Source of the DNA: Glycera tridactyla
Lineage: Eukaryota
Assembly: GCA_965644265.1 (NCBI GenBank)
Contig: OZ286459.1
Span: forward strand, 121,148,001-121,212,000
DNA: 64,000 bases
Direction: 5' to 3'
Shown: positions 1 to 13,325 of the stretch, piece after piece
Numbering within the stretch: the stretch's first letter is position 1
How the letters are laid out: the number at the start of each line of letters is the position of its first letter
Position numbers and translations under genes: made by a program
The notes under the pieces: model-generated
The model's input: the letters and a program-made list of their open reading frames with translations, nothing else
Database searches by the model: none
What the model was told of the DNA's origin: nothing

Positions 1-159
1 ACAGAGATACCACGCTAGCAGCGGAATTATCATTTAGACGTCAACACCGGTGACAAATAGCTCCTACTTTGGGCGGGCATGTGTAGTTACACATTTTACT
101 TGTATTTTTGGAATGTCTATGAATCACTTGTATACAATTGTGCTTGTCACGCAAATGAA

Positions 160-320
160 GTTACTGTTAACTGTTTACTGTTTATTACTACTACTACTTC
201 TACAACTACTACTACTACTACTTCTACAACTACTATCTCTTTACCTCTGCCATTAATATTACTGCTACCACTAAATATATACTACTACTGCTAAGTCTAC
301 TTTTACCACCACTACCACTT
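160..320. repeat. Degenerate (ACT)n tract
   Basis: Read directly from the sequence. Confidence 0.85.
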
Positions 321-1591
321 ATGTCTGTCAAATCCAAATGTGGCGGGTACGTTTCACGAGATGAATTCGTCTGGTCTGACTTTAAACGGAACGAATGGGT
401 TGTGCAGGCGAATATCCAGCCTGGTTTTAGGTATTCTGTATGCTTTTGAAGAGGATACCCCATCATTTTATTGCCATCATCATTGCCCTTTGACATTGTC
501 GATGTCCAATTCTAGGCCTTCGGATAATGACGACGTCAGGGTCATCTGGCCTACATGATACAGCCGGATGGCAGGATGTGTGAAGTGGTGGATTCGGATT
601 ATAGATTTTGGCTTACGGCAAATGAGGCGCTAATGGGAGAGTGCGTATTTGACTGACTCCTGAGCACACACGAGTGACTCTGTGATGCGCGATCCCGCCC
701 CTAGAGGGTGCACAGAGATGGGGTGAATGGGGTCTGCTCGTTGGCTTGAGTGATGAATGGGACACAGACATTCTTGGGAAACACCTATGCTTCTTGATAA
801 GTATAAATATGAATCGACACTGGTGCAATGTTTTGGGATGAAAGGGTGCGTCATGGATGAGTGACTCGGTATACTAAATTGCCAATCTGAGAAAATTTTA
901 ACATGGAAACTATAGGTACATGGAATCAGCATATATTTGCGTAGATTTGAGAAATGTTGGGTAGTCCATGTCAATACGCCCGGCAAAGGCGAAGGAATTG
1001 TGGCTGTCATATGATGGTTTCTTCGTTTGCAAAATGCTGGTTTGTCATATCGCCACGAGATGACACTATTGATGAATCGCTCCATTTCTTTTTCCAAGAT
1101 GTTTCATAATACTGACACTAAATGACACTTGTGATGAAGTGCTTCAACTTCCGGTCCCCATCTAGAAGTAAGTTTACAGTATTATTGTAGCCTGTTTGTG
1201 TGTTTTCTTGTGAAAATGTTAGTGTTAGTCGACACCGATGTAATTGGTTATCTATGGGTTCATTGGAGTCGAATAAGGCTTTGAATTCTGAAGCCTTTCC
1301 CGTCTTTTGGAGCCATGCAAATTATTGTTCATGTAGCCAAGAAGCGGAGTAATTCTCAGTGTTACAAATAATATGTACAAATATGGTGGTACAGTTTTGG
1401 TATGATGAATCATCATTATCATTTCAGAGGGTGCTTCAATTTATGACCGACACACTCCGTTGTTTGTCCTGCTCACGCGGCTGTTATGTAGATGAGGTGC
1501 CGACGCACCAAATTCTCATGAATCATCAATTTCTTGCTTTAAAAACAACTGAATTTTCAAACAGGCCCTTTCTCGGATACAGCCTACAAAT

Positions 1592-1700
1592 ACTGTCAAA
1601 CATGTCTATAAAGGCCAAATGAGCTTGGTAGAAGGTGGCCTCTGCAGGGGTAGTCTATGGTGTGAAGGATGGCCCTCCACTACTTTCCTAGAACTGTCTG
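1592..1700. mobile_element. Degenerate pogo-like MITE fragment
   Basis: TACTGTCAAACATGTCTATAAAGGCCA...GAAGGTGGCC resembles the family TIR and internal motifs. Confidence 0.45.
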
Positions 1701-2564
1701 TCATATTTCAGCTATCATACCCAGTCTTTTGAATCCGAAACATATCAGGTAGGTACCATAGATATCCACTGCCTGGTAAGCATGAGACACAAACCAAGGC
1801 TTCATTCCCACTAAACATTCTTGTCAGACCCGATCACGTCAAGCAGGAAGAGTTAACTCTCACATGAATACCTGATCGCGATCAAGCACCCATCTTAGAA
1901 ATTTCTGTTGAGTGAAGGGTTTCTCTGTGAAGTTGGGGTGAGAAAGGTAACCTCTGTAGAACGATGGCCTTAGCTGAGAGATTTAGGGACAGTTTCAATC
2001 ATAGCATTCCCTATATCATCCCATCAAATCATCATAATCGTCTACCGGTCAGATATTCGACGTACCCTATCCTGTTCGGTTGTGCTTCATATAATTCAAC
2101 ACAACTAGCATTTTATAATAAGGCACAGTGAATCTTGAGCATTTTGATGCAGGTGTAATGTTTTTCGATGTTCTCAGGTATGCAAATTGCATAGATTTCC
2201 TGAACAGTGAAACCTAACATATGCGGGAGAATCCGTGGATAAGGCCCTGCTCCTCGAATGCTATTGCTAGGGACTTCTTCAACCTCACCCTTCTACCAAA
2301 TTGGTGATTGCTGCATGAAGATAATGGTGTATGGGTATCGTGAAAGCAATCATTACAAGGTATGATAGCGTTTCATTGAGTCCCAGCCTAATGTAAAGGA
2401 AATATAGATGCTTCCTTTCAGGGAATATGACCTTACAGTCGAACGCATCAACGGTCCCTACCTTTGGAGTGAGTGAGGTGCTGTCACACGTATTTATGAA
2501 GTTCACAGACACTCAGTGTCATTCCTGGTTATACAAGCAAGTATGTCCTATGCACCCACTGTGC

Positions 2565-2670
2565 TAAGCGTCCACCTGCCATGAGCAGCCACTTCTGAAT
2601 ATCCCAATCAGATATTATTCCACTATCATTCACCTATCCTACTCAGACAGCTCCCCTAAGCAGCAGCCCC
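2565..2670 (-). mobile_element. Degenerate fragment of the 22426-type MITE
   Basis: The reverse complement GCTGCTTAGGGGAG...GATAGTGGAA...GGGATATTCAGAAGTGGCTGC aligns with 22470-22555. Confidence 0.6.
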
Positions 2671-3218
2671 CGCCCCCGTGTGATTATGTCTTACCATGGC
2701 ATATGTCTACCTGTGTTTGCAGGGTCTTTTTTTCGAATACACAGACTGAGGATAATCGATCACACGGACATACCCTGAGGGTTGGCACTATGACTTCACA
2801 GTGACAGAATGCGAGCAATGTTTGGTACAGTTCACTCAATCGATCTGTGAGCTGTTTGGTCATATCAGCATGGTGAACCTGTTTTGGCAGTGAACAAGGT
2901 CCATAGGATTTGCTTTGAGATTGAAAGCTTACCTCAATACGACGATGGGTTTCACCCCTAATTCGATTGCGGGTATTTTGTGAGGTGGTGCCGGGTGTTG
3001 TGGGCACATGTGTGGTCACGCTGTGTTTGCATTAGATATTAATTTGCGCGCACTGTGGATTCGTTCTATTCAGGGTGTGCTGACATAAAAGGGCGATTCG
3101 GCGAAGGCGCTGGCCATTATTGTCAATGTCGCGCGGGCCATCCATTGCCCGCGATGACACCTAGATGTCGCTGTTTGATCAGTCAACATCATTTGTTGAA
3201 GCGCCATCTGCGTGGTTA

Positions 3219-3610
3219 GAATACGATAAGCTTATGATGTCACTTTGCCCTCTTCAACTCAATAGTATCTACCAACTCTCATGGTCAGAAGTTCAAAGCT
3301 GACTCATGGTCATTAAATCAATTCCGGTCATAAGAATGGGGATAACTATAGTGACAGTGTCTGAATTCGTCATCATATGGTCTAGTGCATAATGTTGGAC
3401 TGGTTGGAATATGATAAGCCTATGATGTCACTTTGCCCCCTTCAACTCAATGGTATCTACCACCTCCTGTGACCTCCTGTGGTGAGAACCAATTTGACGT
3501 CCAGGCCAACTGGTCAATAAATCAATTACGGTCGTCAGAATGGGAGATAACTATGGTGTCAGTGTCTGAGTTCGTCATCATATGGTCGGGTGCTTAATTT
3601 TGGACCGGAA
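3219..3610. repeat. Diverged tandem duplication, period 188 bp
   Basis: GATAAGC.TATGATGTCACTTTGCCC..TTCAACTCAAT and GTGTCTGA.TTCGTCATCATATGGTC each occur twice (copies start at 3219 and 3407). Confidence 0.9.
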
Positions 3611-4764
3611 TACATCGCATAGCCTCGGCATTTCACCGAGTTAAGTGCAGTCACTACATTCCTTCACTGATTACTATTGTAATGCAGAGGTGAGCAGGCT
3701 TCCTGTTCAGATGGTAAACCACAATCACGTTGAGAGGGAAGGGTAAGAGTGGAACCCTTGTATTCTAGCACAAATTTGGCCCAGGTGCTGGTGGATATTA
3801 GACTATAGACAATCTTGATTATCGCGGAGTGCTTGCCCTATGCAGTAAAATCCATGTATACACCTCAAAGAGACGGAGAAGCTGATAGCCTGAATAGCCC
3901 TGCCAGGAAATCTGATTCCTAAGTCAGACGAACCAGTGCATCAACAATTCTGAAAAGCCGGAGATCGTGTGCAATTCAACCGACTACAGTATTTGTGAAA
4001 CAAAGCATATGCGTTCTTCTTCTTACCGTGGCCAATGTCAGGACGTTTAGCAAAATACATTTCTGACCAATTGCCATATCTACCTGTTAGTGCCCTCGAT
4101 CGAAGTACAACATAGGCGTTTATCCTATCTGGCCTAAGCGATATTCACTGGGATATCATCCAGAACTATTTTGACAGTAGCATGGTCACATGAACATCAA
4201 TTTTCCACAACATAAAATAATATGGATGCACGAGTTCTTTTGCCTTTTGAGGCCTTTTGAGGCACCATATTTTGTCACTACCACCATCTGAAGTTTGCGC
4301 TTCTTCAACGGATGCATGAATTTGGAAGTCAAGCGGCTAAAAATGTGTAAAGGCATCGGGAAATACCAGTCGTGTTTACTCCTCTCCTGAGAATGAATCT
4401 TCCTGCTTCAACAGAATTTGATATGGATGTCAGTACGCAATGATACTGATTCGGAGTACAAAGCTGGCCAAATGCACAAAATTACATTAGGATGATGGTA
4501 GTTCTACTTAAATCGGGTGTATAGTGATGGCGATGAAAATTACTGAGCGAGTTGTGGGAGTGAGTAGAGATACTGTCGAAACATTGACATGGAGGTCTCT
4601 CTCAGGTGTCATTCTTAAGCCCACCCCATTCACAGTGGGCCCATTCCAGCAAGTTTATGGCGCGCCTCATTTGTCAGCCCGCCGACTCGTTGGCATGCAA
4701 TTGGCCTATTGGCGAACATGACCCATTCACCAATAGTTCAAGATCCTGAGTTTTACAGCTTCTA

Positions 4765-5100
4765 CTTTTTCCTCCTTTCCTTTTCCTCCCCTGTTCGTCG
4801 TCGACGTCTTCGTCCTCTTCCTCCTCCCCTCCCCATGCGTCTCCTCCTCTTTTCTACGCCTCCTTCCTTCTCAGTCTCTTTCCTCTCCTGTCTCTCCTGT
4901 CCTTCTGGTCCTCTTCCCAATCTCCTTCTCCTCCTTCTCCACATCCTCCTACTTCACATCACTTGATGCTCTCATCCTGCTCTCAATTCGCCCCCCCCCC
5001 TCTTCTTTTTCTTCTCACCCTGTCTATCTTTTTCACCATCTCCTCATCCTTTCTCCCCCTCTTCCTCCTCCTCCTCCTCCCCCCCCCCCTCCTCCCCTCC
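4765..5100. repeat. Polypyrimidine (CT/CCT) low-complexity tract
   Basis: Read directly from the sequence. Confidence 0.9.
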
Positions 5101-5886
5101 TGCGTTCCATGTATAAAGTTATAGATAGCTATGTCAACACCACAACCACAATCATCACCACCAATAGCAAACAAATACCGTCACCACGAAAAATTTAATC
5201 TACTCTGGAAATGTGCAGTTGCACTCAAAAGAGGGGCGTGGGGCTGTCATCAAAATCTACATCCTGGTATTGCCGTCGGAATCGTCGTTATCGTCACGAC
5301 AGTTGTCATCGACATCTTGGTTATCATTTCATCACCGATCGCCTAGCCGTGTGCCTAATTCTGTATAACCTAATTACTCCAGGAAAGCGAGCAGCTGATT
5401 GAGAACGGGACGTGATACGGATTTGCTTTCGTCAGTTCCGGTATTACTTCACCAATGGTATCATACTCGGACACCCATCATGGGAACTGGCTTTACTCAC
5501 TGTGATGAAACAATTATCTGATTTGTTTGATGCATCTTAATATACCTTATGCGTGGTAGATTGGTTAGGCTTACTTTGATATCTTGTCCAAGCTGTGCTA
5601 TATTGAGACACCTCTGCAATGGACATGGGTTTGTTCATTCAGGACTGTTCATCGTGGGTCCCTTGAATAGCAAGATTCGTATGAATGCCTGTTCTATCAC
5701 TTGTATTATTGTAGTGTTCAATGAATGCAGGCTGGCCCCATCTAATGGCCTAGACTAAACGTGACCACAATCTATGATATTATGCTGGATGATTTATTCT
5801 AGATAGTATTTTATTATTTAGCACCATATATGACTATGTATTGGGTTATATTCCTCAAGTTGTGGGGTGTAAGATAAGGCTGTAGT

Positions 5887-5960
5887 TGCTCTGAAACATG
5901 GTGATATGTCATGTTCTGCCCTGAAACATGGTGATATGTTATGTTCTGCCCTGAAATGTG
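5887..5960. repeat. 30-bp tandem repeat x2.5
   Basis: CTGAAACATGGTGATATGT(C/T)ATGTTCTGCC repeated. Confidence 0.85.
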
Positions 5961-7504
5961 TCAATATGTTGAAAAATGTAAATATGTTCTTCGTATGGAT
6001 AAGACGACACTGATACGAACAGGGTTCGTAGTTGTTGGGTGAAATGGTATTTCGGGACATATTCAGGACATTTCCCAGTGTTTCAGGACACATGCCATGG
6101 TCACGAATTTCACAGATTATGTACCCCAGAAATCGACATGATACACTGTGTTTTCACGACATTTACGATCACGATTCGCCACGGCGACATTCTTTGATCG
6201 CGTTAAGTAGGTTCCAATTGTTTCCGTCGCAATCTGATTGGTGCTGCGCAGTTATTCGCTACATGACTAATGTGAAACCGCCATCTCTCGCATTTTATCT
6301 GAACTGCACTCGAAACTCACGGGTGCAGGCCACGTCATCGCCTGACTTTCGTTCCAATATTTGGAATATCATCGGATTATGAATGGAATTTATGAATCTT
6401 TTTCTGAACCCCAACGGAAGATGAAACGGTGGGTAAATCACAGACACTTGAGTTGTCATTTCTCTCTGATTATGCTGGGGTTGGGTGTTTGTAATTGGGT
6501 TATGTTTGAATTTTTGCTGTGCGGAATTTGCTAGGACTGCGGATCACCGTACTTGATGACCTATTTTCGACTTGGTTTCTATTCTTCAGCGAGTGACTAA
6601 ATGGGTGTATATTGATGATGAAGCATCTAGTGGGATAGAAGCATCCGTGATCTAGCTAACATTAGGGACATTGGATCGATGTAAAAGTTGTTAAGACTAA
6701 CTGGCTGGGTGTCATTCAAAGTGTCCGACGACCAACTCCCGGGAGAACGTCAAATCTGAGAGCATCACGGAAATGCGCAGACTCCACCGGAAATATAATC
6801 CACTCTAAGCCAATTAGCATGCGCCAAGGAGTCACGTGGTTTGTGGTCGGACCGCGATAGCAATCCCAGCATGCTCTTCTGCATCTATCAAAGACCCAAT
6901 AAAGCGCCTTCAAGCGACAAAATTGGGCAGTAATTTGCTCAAGGGTTGCGGGCTGGCTGTTGGCTGTGACAGGGGCTGATTGAATCAAGCCTCTCGGCCC
7001 CATCCGTTTGCATTATAAACTCTTATTTGTAGTGGCCCGGCCACTTTTGTCGCTCGCTAATGAAGCTTGCAGATTCATCACCCGATACTGGGACCACAAC
7101 AGTAGTGAGTGGTCACTCCGACTGACCAACTGGCCAGTTGACACTTTACTTTGTAGTTTTCCTTGAAAAAGTCGTTTTTGTACAGATTGCACTGGGCCGG
7201 TGCTTCAGACTGTTTTGTTTCCTGCAATGTCTTTGTTTGGTCGGTACGATGCCGGTGCCGTTTTTTCAGTCTTAATATGATGTCGTTTCTCAACCAACTT
7301 TACAACTGACACGCTCATAGGAGAAAATACTTTAGCGGTGCTCAATATAGTCTGGATAGCATATTTCCTCTGATGATCCCAAATTGTCCATCATCGTTGA
7401 GTCATTTTCTGGAATCAGTGTGGACACACAAATATTTGACACAGTTACTCCCTTCAAATCCAGAATATGCACGATCATTGAACTGGCGGAACTGCTCGAG
7501 ACAC

Positions 7505-7600
7505 CACCTCTAAACAAAGGTCAAGCTGACCTATGGCCACCTGTCTGCAAGGGTCACTTTTCATGCGATTGGGGGTAGTCCCTGTGGACAGGTTCGACTG
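7505..7600. mobile_element. Partial pogo-like MITE copy (right arm)
   Basis: ...CACTTTTCATGCGATTGGGGGTAGTCCCTGTGGACAGGTTCGACTG|TA aligns to 35920-35970. Confidence 0.7.
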
Positions 7601-7818
7601 TATAAAGATTTGGGAAAATGCATAAAACAGACTTAGATACCGATGATGAAAAGCAATGACCGAAAGACACATAATGAATATTTCTCTCGCTTATCTAGTC
7701 CAGTCTGGGTAGAATAGACGTTAATCATTACTTAATCGAAAATCTATCATTCAGAGAAATGGTCTCGGTCTTTCTCTTTCCCCTCCTGCTCTCGTTTCCA
7801 TCTCCTCTTCCTCTCATA

Positions 7819-7821
<3 letters not shown>

Positions 7822-7885
<64 letters not shown>
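7822..7885. repeat. (TG)32 microsatellite, followed by further alternating purine-pyrimidine sequence to ~7940
   Basis: Read directly from the sequence. Confidence 0.98.
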
Positions 7886-7886
<1 letters not shown>

Positions 7887-10733
7887 ATGTGCGCGACTGT
7901 GTGTGAGGGTGTGTGTATGCATGCGCATGTGCGTGTGTACGTCCCAAATATCAATTGATCACACTCGTGCCTGGCTAAGTCTAACCAAATCTCGATCTGG
8001 CGAGAGGTTGTCATCATTACTGGTTTATTGGGTTTGGTGGCCTGCCATTCCCACGCCAGGCCCCCGAAAACATACCCTGCTCTCAATAAGGAACCACCAA
8101 TGACATCCGGACCGCATACTTTAGACACATTATTAACCCGCCTCTCACCTTGCAATGACCTTCTCTGGAGTCTCAGTGACATTTTTGGCAAAAAGGTTCT
8201 TGGTTAGGTTTGCCCATATTTGCGGGCACCATGTAAGAACATTTTCAGTGGCTTGACATACTAACAGATCTACGATCATAAGTTTCTCAATATCTCTATC
8301 GTAAAAAAATCCCTAATTCACTACTGACACAAAAGATCAGCCAGGATAATATGCTAATTAGAGTTGATAAAATAAGGTACTCCCTGTGTGAGAAAAACGA
8401 TGGAATCATTTCGTAGATGCCAATCCTGACATGGAAATAATGAAACCTGAATCTTTTAAATCCTATATAAGGAAGCTACGACAACCATGACCATACCACA
8501 TTAGGGATACAATATTTTCTGTCAGACTCTGGTTATCCGTGATGAGGTTGATGATTCCCTGCCTGGTCTTTCCGCCAGTCAGTATTCTTTCAGTATTCTT
8601 CTAGTGCTCTTGTTTGTGTTATACCAACATTTTGACTGAGTCAGCAATCAGCCTGTTTACGACTTTTATATGCTGTATTTGATAATTGCTTCCATTGTCT
8701 TTCTTATGCCTTCAGTGTTTTCTTCGTATTTGAGTTGGCAGTCTGCTGTCATGTCTTGATCGCTTTGATCACGCTATGATATATCATTTTCGAAATGAAT
8801 TGTATTGGATTATGACCACCCATCTTTCATCCTATCACCTCATCCACTCATCGACCAATCATTTGCATATATGTCATCCATATGGGAAATGTTTACATGT
8901 GAAATGTACTCATCGTCGGCCTGAAAATGAATATTGTATATTTACATGTTTGATTGTTGTGACGATTCAAAATAGAAGTTTCAAATCAAAAAATCAAATC
9001 AAAAATCAATTGTCCAGCTGATCTTGCAGGGAAGTATTGAGGATTCTCACCTCAGCCAACACTGCTGAGAATGAAATGGGGAGATTGATTGTGAATACAG
9101 AGGATTTATCACTGATCTGTGCAATATAGTATAATTACACTACTGGTCTAAACATGCTATTAGGGGATCATTTTGGGGCCATGATAAATGCCAAATTATT
9201 CCTATATTCTCGGATTATGATTCAATTAATTGGATGTTGATGCATCTTGATTTGGGATGAAAGTGAATAGAGTCATCCAGCAAATTCTCCGTGAATTTAT
9301 CACGACTTATGGCGACACCTGCAGCCTCATAGTCACATTTTTTGAAGGTTTTTTTAGTTAAAGTTATGGTGAGCTAGCTCGGGACGGACTCAGGATCGTT
9401 AGGCAAGCCCAAGATAATAGGACTCGTGTCATATACAAACTTGGTTTGGCATGGTATCCTAGTGTCAACGTGTCGCAAGGTGGTACCACTCTGCTGACGA
9501 TGACATCACAATAGAACTCACATCGAGTCTGCCCAGCTTTTCATATGTCACCTGCTTGTCGCCAACATTTGAATGAATACGGAATAATCCTATTTCGACA
9601 ATGATTAAGATATTTTGTCGAGAATATCTTCTCGGGAGTATCAAAGCATACATTATCTATCTGAAGATATGCTGACCCCAATTTCATGAAAATGTGAAAC
9701 GTCGTGTATATTTGAAACGGGAAAATGTTAATTATCACAGGTTATGTACAAATGGTGCACTATGCCGATGGTGGGACACAATGGCCAAACCACTTGAGAT
9801 GAGCTCTATCTGGACAATAGTGTGCTAGGCTTTATGTCAGATTACATCAGCTAGGAGATGGACAAGAGTGGCCTGTTACTACTGGCCATTGTCCATATTA
9901 CATCTGTGAGGTCAGACCGGGGTCAGGTCAAGGTTATGTCCATTTATTGGCCAGCATCTCTCTCTCTATTGAGATGAAGCCATCTCGGCCAAAATCAATC
10001 TTGTTTACACGAATGGGATTTGCTGCTCACTTCTGTAATCACCGTTCTGCCAGCCTATGTTTGATTTCCCATCTTTGTTTGTGATATTTCTCTGCCACTG
10101 GAACTTTTTCTTTGTTCTTGTCCACGCCGAGAGATAACCACTGAAAGTGCATTGTGATGTGCCATATGAGGATCATTATTATCTTTAAGTCATAACTGAG
10201 TGGTCACAAAAGTTCGGGAATGTGTCCTTAGGGCAAGGGTAAGTTAGACGGAATATGATACAGGAAAGCACTAGTAGGATTCATGAACTCTAGTCAGGCT
10301 CTCATCAAATGATGGCTACCCACACACTGATTGCGATGACGACAAATGATTCGTTGCACGTCACTATGGGCATGACAATTTTTCTTACATCCAAATGCGA
10401 ATTACTTCATATTGTAGTAATATTCGAGAAGCTGCATCACACAATAGATATATTGTCCCCCTGAAGATGGGAATTGTGTCATCGTGGAAATTGATTTCAG
10501 TTTAGTGTCAAATATTTCCAAAGTATCATGTATGCCGTGTGTTCCTGGTCTATGATAGATCGATGCTCTGACCTCTGCACACATCACTATCACAAACCCT
10601 GGACATCATATGATAGAGAATCAGAGAGGTAATCACTTGGATATCCAGATACATCTCTACACACTCCACGTAGACTTGATGAACCTATAGATGGCATATC
10701 TAAATATATAAACACATGATTGACTTCTTTGTA

Positions 10734-10803
10734 TAGTTGAAGCTGTCCTAAGCAGCCACTCTTGAGGAGGGGAAAAATGGCGGCCGCTCCTAGAACAGAA
10801 CTG
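10734..10803. mobile_element. Short diverged pogo-like MITE copy
   Basis: TA|TAGTTGAAGCTGTCCTAAGCAGCCAC...GAACAGAACTG|TA; CTGTCCTAAGCAGCCA is identical to 22436-22451. Confidence 0.7.
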
Positions 10804-12359
10804 TACGACGCTGGCCGGCATGCGCACCAGCGTGACCCAACAACAGTATTCGGCATACGTCGGATCACCACTGATATAATAATGTCATAATGATGGAAGG
10901 GAATGGTGCCAAGTCTTTCACTTTCAGGTTGCACTGGTAAAGGTTCATCCAACCGACGGCGCTGTTCCAGCGTTCTTCAGTTTCTTTGTACTGTCGGTTG
11001 CTATAAACTCCTTGGATTTTTTCAAAAAGAAAATCGTGAGAGACATGTAGGAAATAGCTGATTTTGTGTATTCGAAACGTGTTCTGGCATTGAGAAACGG
11101 GTTGAAACAGTTTGACAGCTGAGCAAATGACAACTCGCTTCACTGAGTTGGAAGCTAGTGACAAGCGCAAGACTATCTGGAGTATAAGCATTGCCATCAT
11201 GCACTCACGCTGTCAGGAAATGTATCAACATCGTGTATATAACGACAGACAATTCACATCCCAACTGAAAGGTGCATTATGAGCCATTTCTATGCAACCA
11301 TCATCATGATTGATCAAATCTACCCACTTCTCCCGAGTCCCAGGAAAATGTATAAGCCTAAACTCACTCCCGGTGAGAAAATGATGGATTTACTGGGAAG
11401 ACAGAATGTCGACATCATCAATAATTCCTTTGCCTTTTGAGATGGATTTTTATAGACCGGCACATGTATGATCCAGAAATAACATCGGCGAAAGTGTTGT
11501 TGTTATTGATATTATTTAAGCAGCACTGGTGAATTGAAATTCAAGTCTTGGTGGGGCGTTTATTTTTACAAATATCTTGCCCTGAAAACTGCCTTGGTTT
11601 CTACCCCTTTGAACTAGCGCAAAATCGGGAGAGTGGGATTGTACTCGGGATGTGATTCGGGGAGTGATTCCTCCACTCCGCTTTCCCAATGGGACGTCAA
11701 TTCTTTTCAGAAAAGCTGAAGAACAAAAACCAAAAAGACCAGTTCAAGTAACACCTGGACAATATATTGGACCTTTACATTTAGTCTCATATAATAGAGC
11801 ATGGGATGGAAAGATATCATACAATGAAGCAATCAATTGAACAAGTTCCTGAATGACAGCCAGCAGGTGAGAACATTTTCTCAGTGTATTGGGTAGACAT
11901 TTACCCTGCCACTACACCCTGCTGAGCGAGGCTGGGCTCAACAACTCGCAGGTGACCAACAATCCATGTAGTGGTCAGTTTACATTCTGGTGTCGGATGT
12001 GATATTTACTACCATTGTATTGTCTACTTGTTATATAATGATGGATAAAATAGGCCCGAAAAACACATGCAGCAGGCTTGCAATGACGACTCAGGCTGAT
12101 AGAGTCTATAATAGATTGAGAAATTGTAGAAGTTATGAGATAACTGTTCAGTGGCAACAAAGCACCAGTCCCCAATGAATTATGCGGGAGTTCGCTATAC
12201 AAAGCTTGTCACAGCAGGCCAGCGCAGCTTTTTGTACCTCTTCGGGGACATCTTTATATGCTCTCAGCAAAGAGAAAATAAAAGAACACTACCTTCGAAA
12301 GCCCGAAACTGCTTTAATTTCTACATGACAATTTTACATTGAGCCTGAACGGCTGTACA

Positions 12360-12590
12360 CCTGCCCACTATCTGATATGGAGGAAAATGCATTTTTGCAT
12401 CAAACATGTTTGGATTGATTGATTTATCGAATATGTGATTGCCCATCGTCTGGTATAGAGGAAAATGCATTTTGCACCAAACATGATTTCTATTGATTGA
12501 TTGATTTGTTGGTCGGTTGTTTGATTACCCATTGTCTGACATGTAGAAAATATATTCATGTAACATGTATGTTTTGATCGATTCATTCAT
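12360..12590. repeat. ~80-bp degenerate tandem repeat x3 with GATT microsatellite
   Basis: TGCCCA..TCTG..AT.GAGGAAAATGCATTTT..AAACATG at 12362 and 12440, and more weakly at 12526. Confidence 0.75.
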
Positions 12591-13024
12591 TTATATTTTA
12601 ATTCAGATCGCGTGGCCAGATTGAAGAGGTCACTGCCTGCATGCAGGAGTCTATCATGGCCAGAATGTGCATCGCAATGGGTGAAACTATCGTCACAAAC
12701 CTCAATCACCCGGGGATTAGCTGAAGCCGAGCAGCTCCATCATACATCACAAGCGGTAAGCCCGCCGAGAAAATAGGGTCAATTCCAAACGCACAAAGTT
12801 CTTCGCGTCACACGTGTGGGGAGCAAAAGGTCGCTACACGTTTCAACTCCTTTAGCATCAAAGTATGAAATATCGCGTGCGTTGTCTTCGGGTGAGGGAT
12901 TGCCAAGGTGTCATTTTCGAGTCGGTTTCTGACTGATAGTGAATGATACGACCCCGAGATACCACTTGCCCACATAGCGACCAATAAATCCACTGTCGTA
13001 ATTGGATGCATTGTTGAGGCTTTA

Positions 13025-13325
13025 CAATAACAAATGACTTGGCGAGCCCCAACTCAAAGACATCAGTTTAATTGTGTAGAACGAGGGGGGGTGTTTACTG
13101 GAAGATTCACTAAGGTACGCTCAAACGTTGCGTACCTTCCCTGGTGGCTTGTTCCTCATAGCACTGAGAAACGCAATAACAAATGACTTGGCGAGCCCCA
13201 ATCCAAAGACGCCAGTTCACTTGTGTGAGACGAGAGAGGTGTACACTCAAACTTTCACCAAGGCGCACCCGAACGTTGCATATCACCCCCGGTGGTTTGT
13301 TCCTCATTGTACTGGGAAATATTGT
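13025..13325. repeat. Diverged tandem duplication, period 149 bp
   Basis: CAATAACAAATGACTTGGCGAGCCCCAA occurs at 13025 and 13174, with homology continuing through GTTCCTCAT. Confidence 0.9.

Noticed and set aside
10440-10840. SRWC..R and LQGDN in one minus-strand frame, suggesting mononegaviral L polymerase motifs A and C
   Set aside because: There are several intervening stops, no convincing motif B (GGxEG..QK.W), the spacing is off, and part of the track ORF is MITE-derived. It is kept only as a lead within the unidentified 8250-11500 block.
12100-12300. EIVEVMR*LFSGNKAPVPNELCGSSLYK resembling the LINE RT domain-0 motif
   Set aside because: A single loose motif with no downstream RT motifs found.
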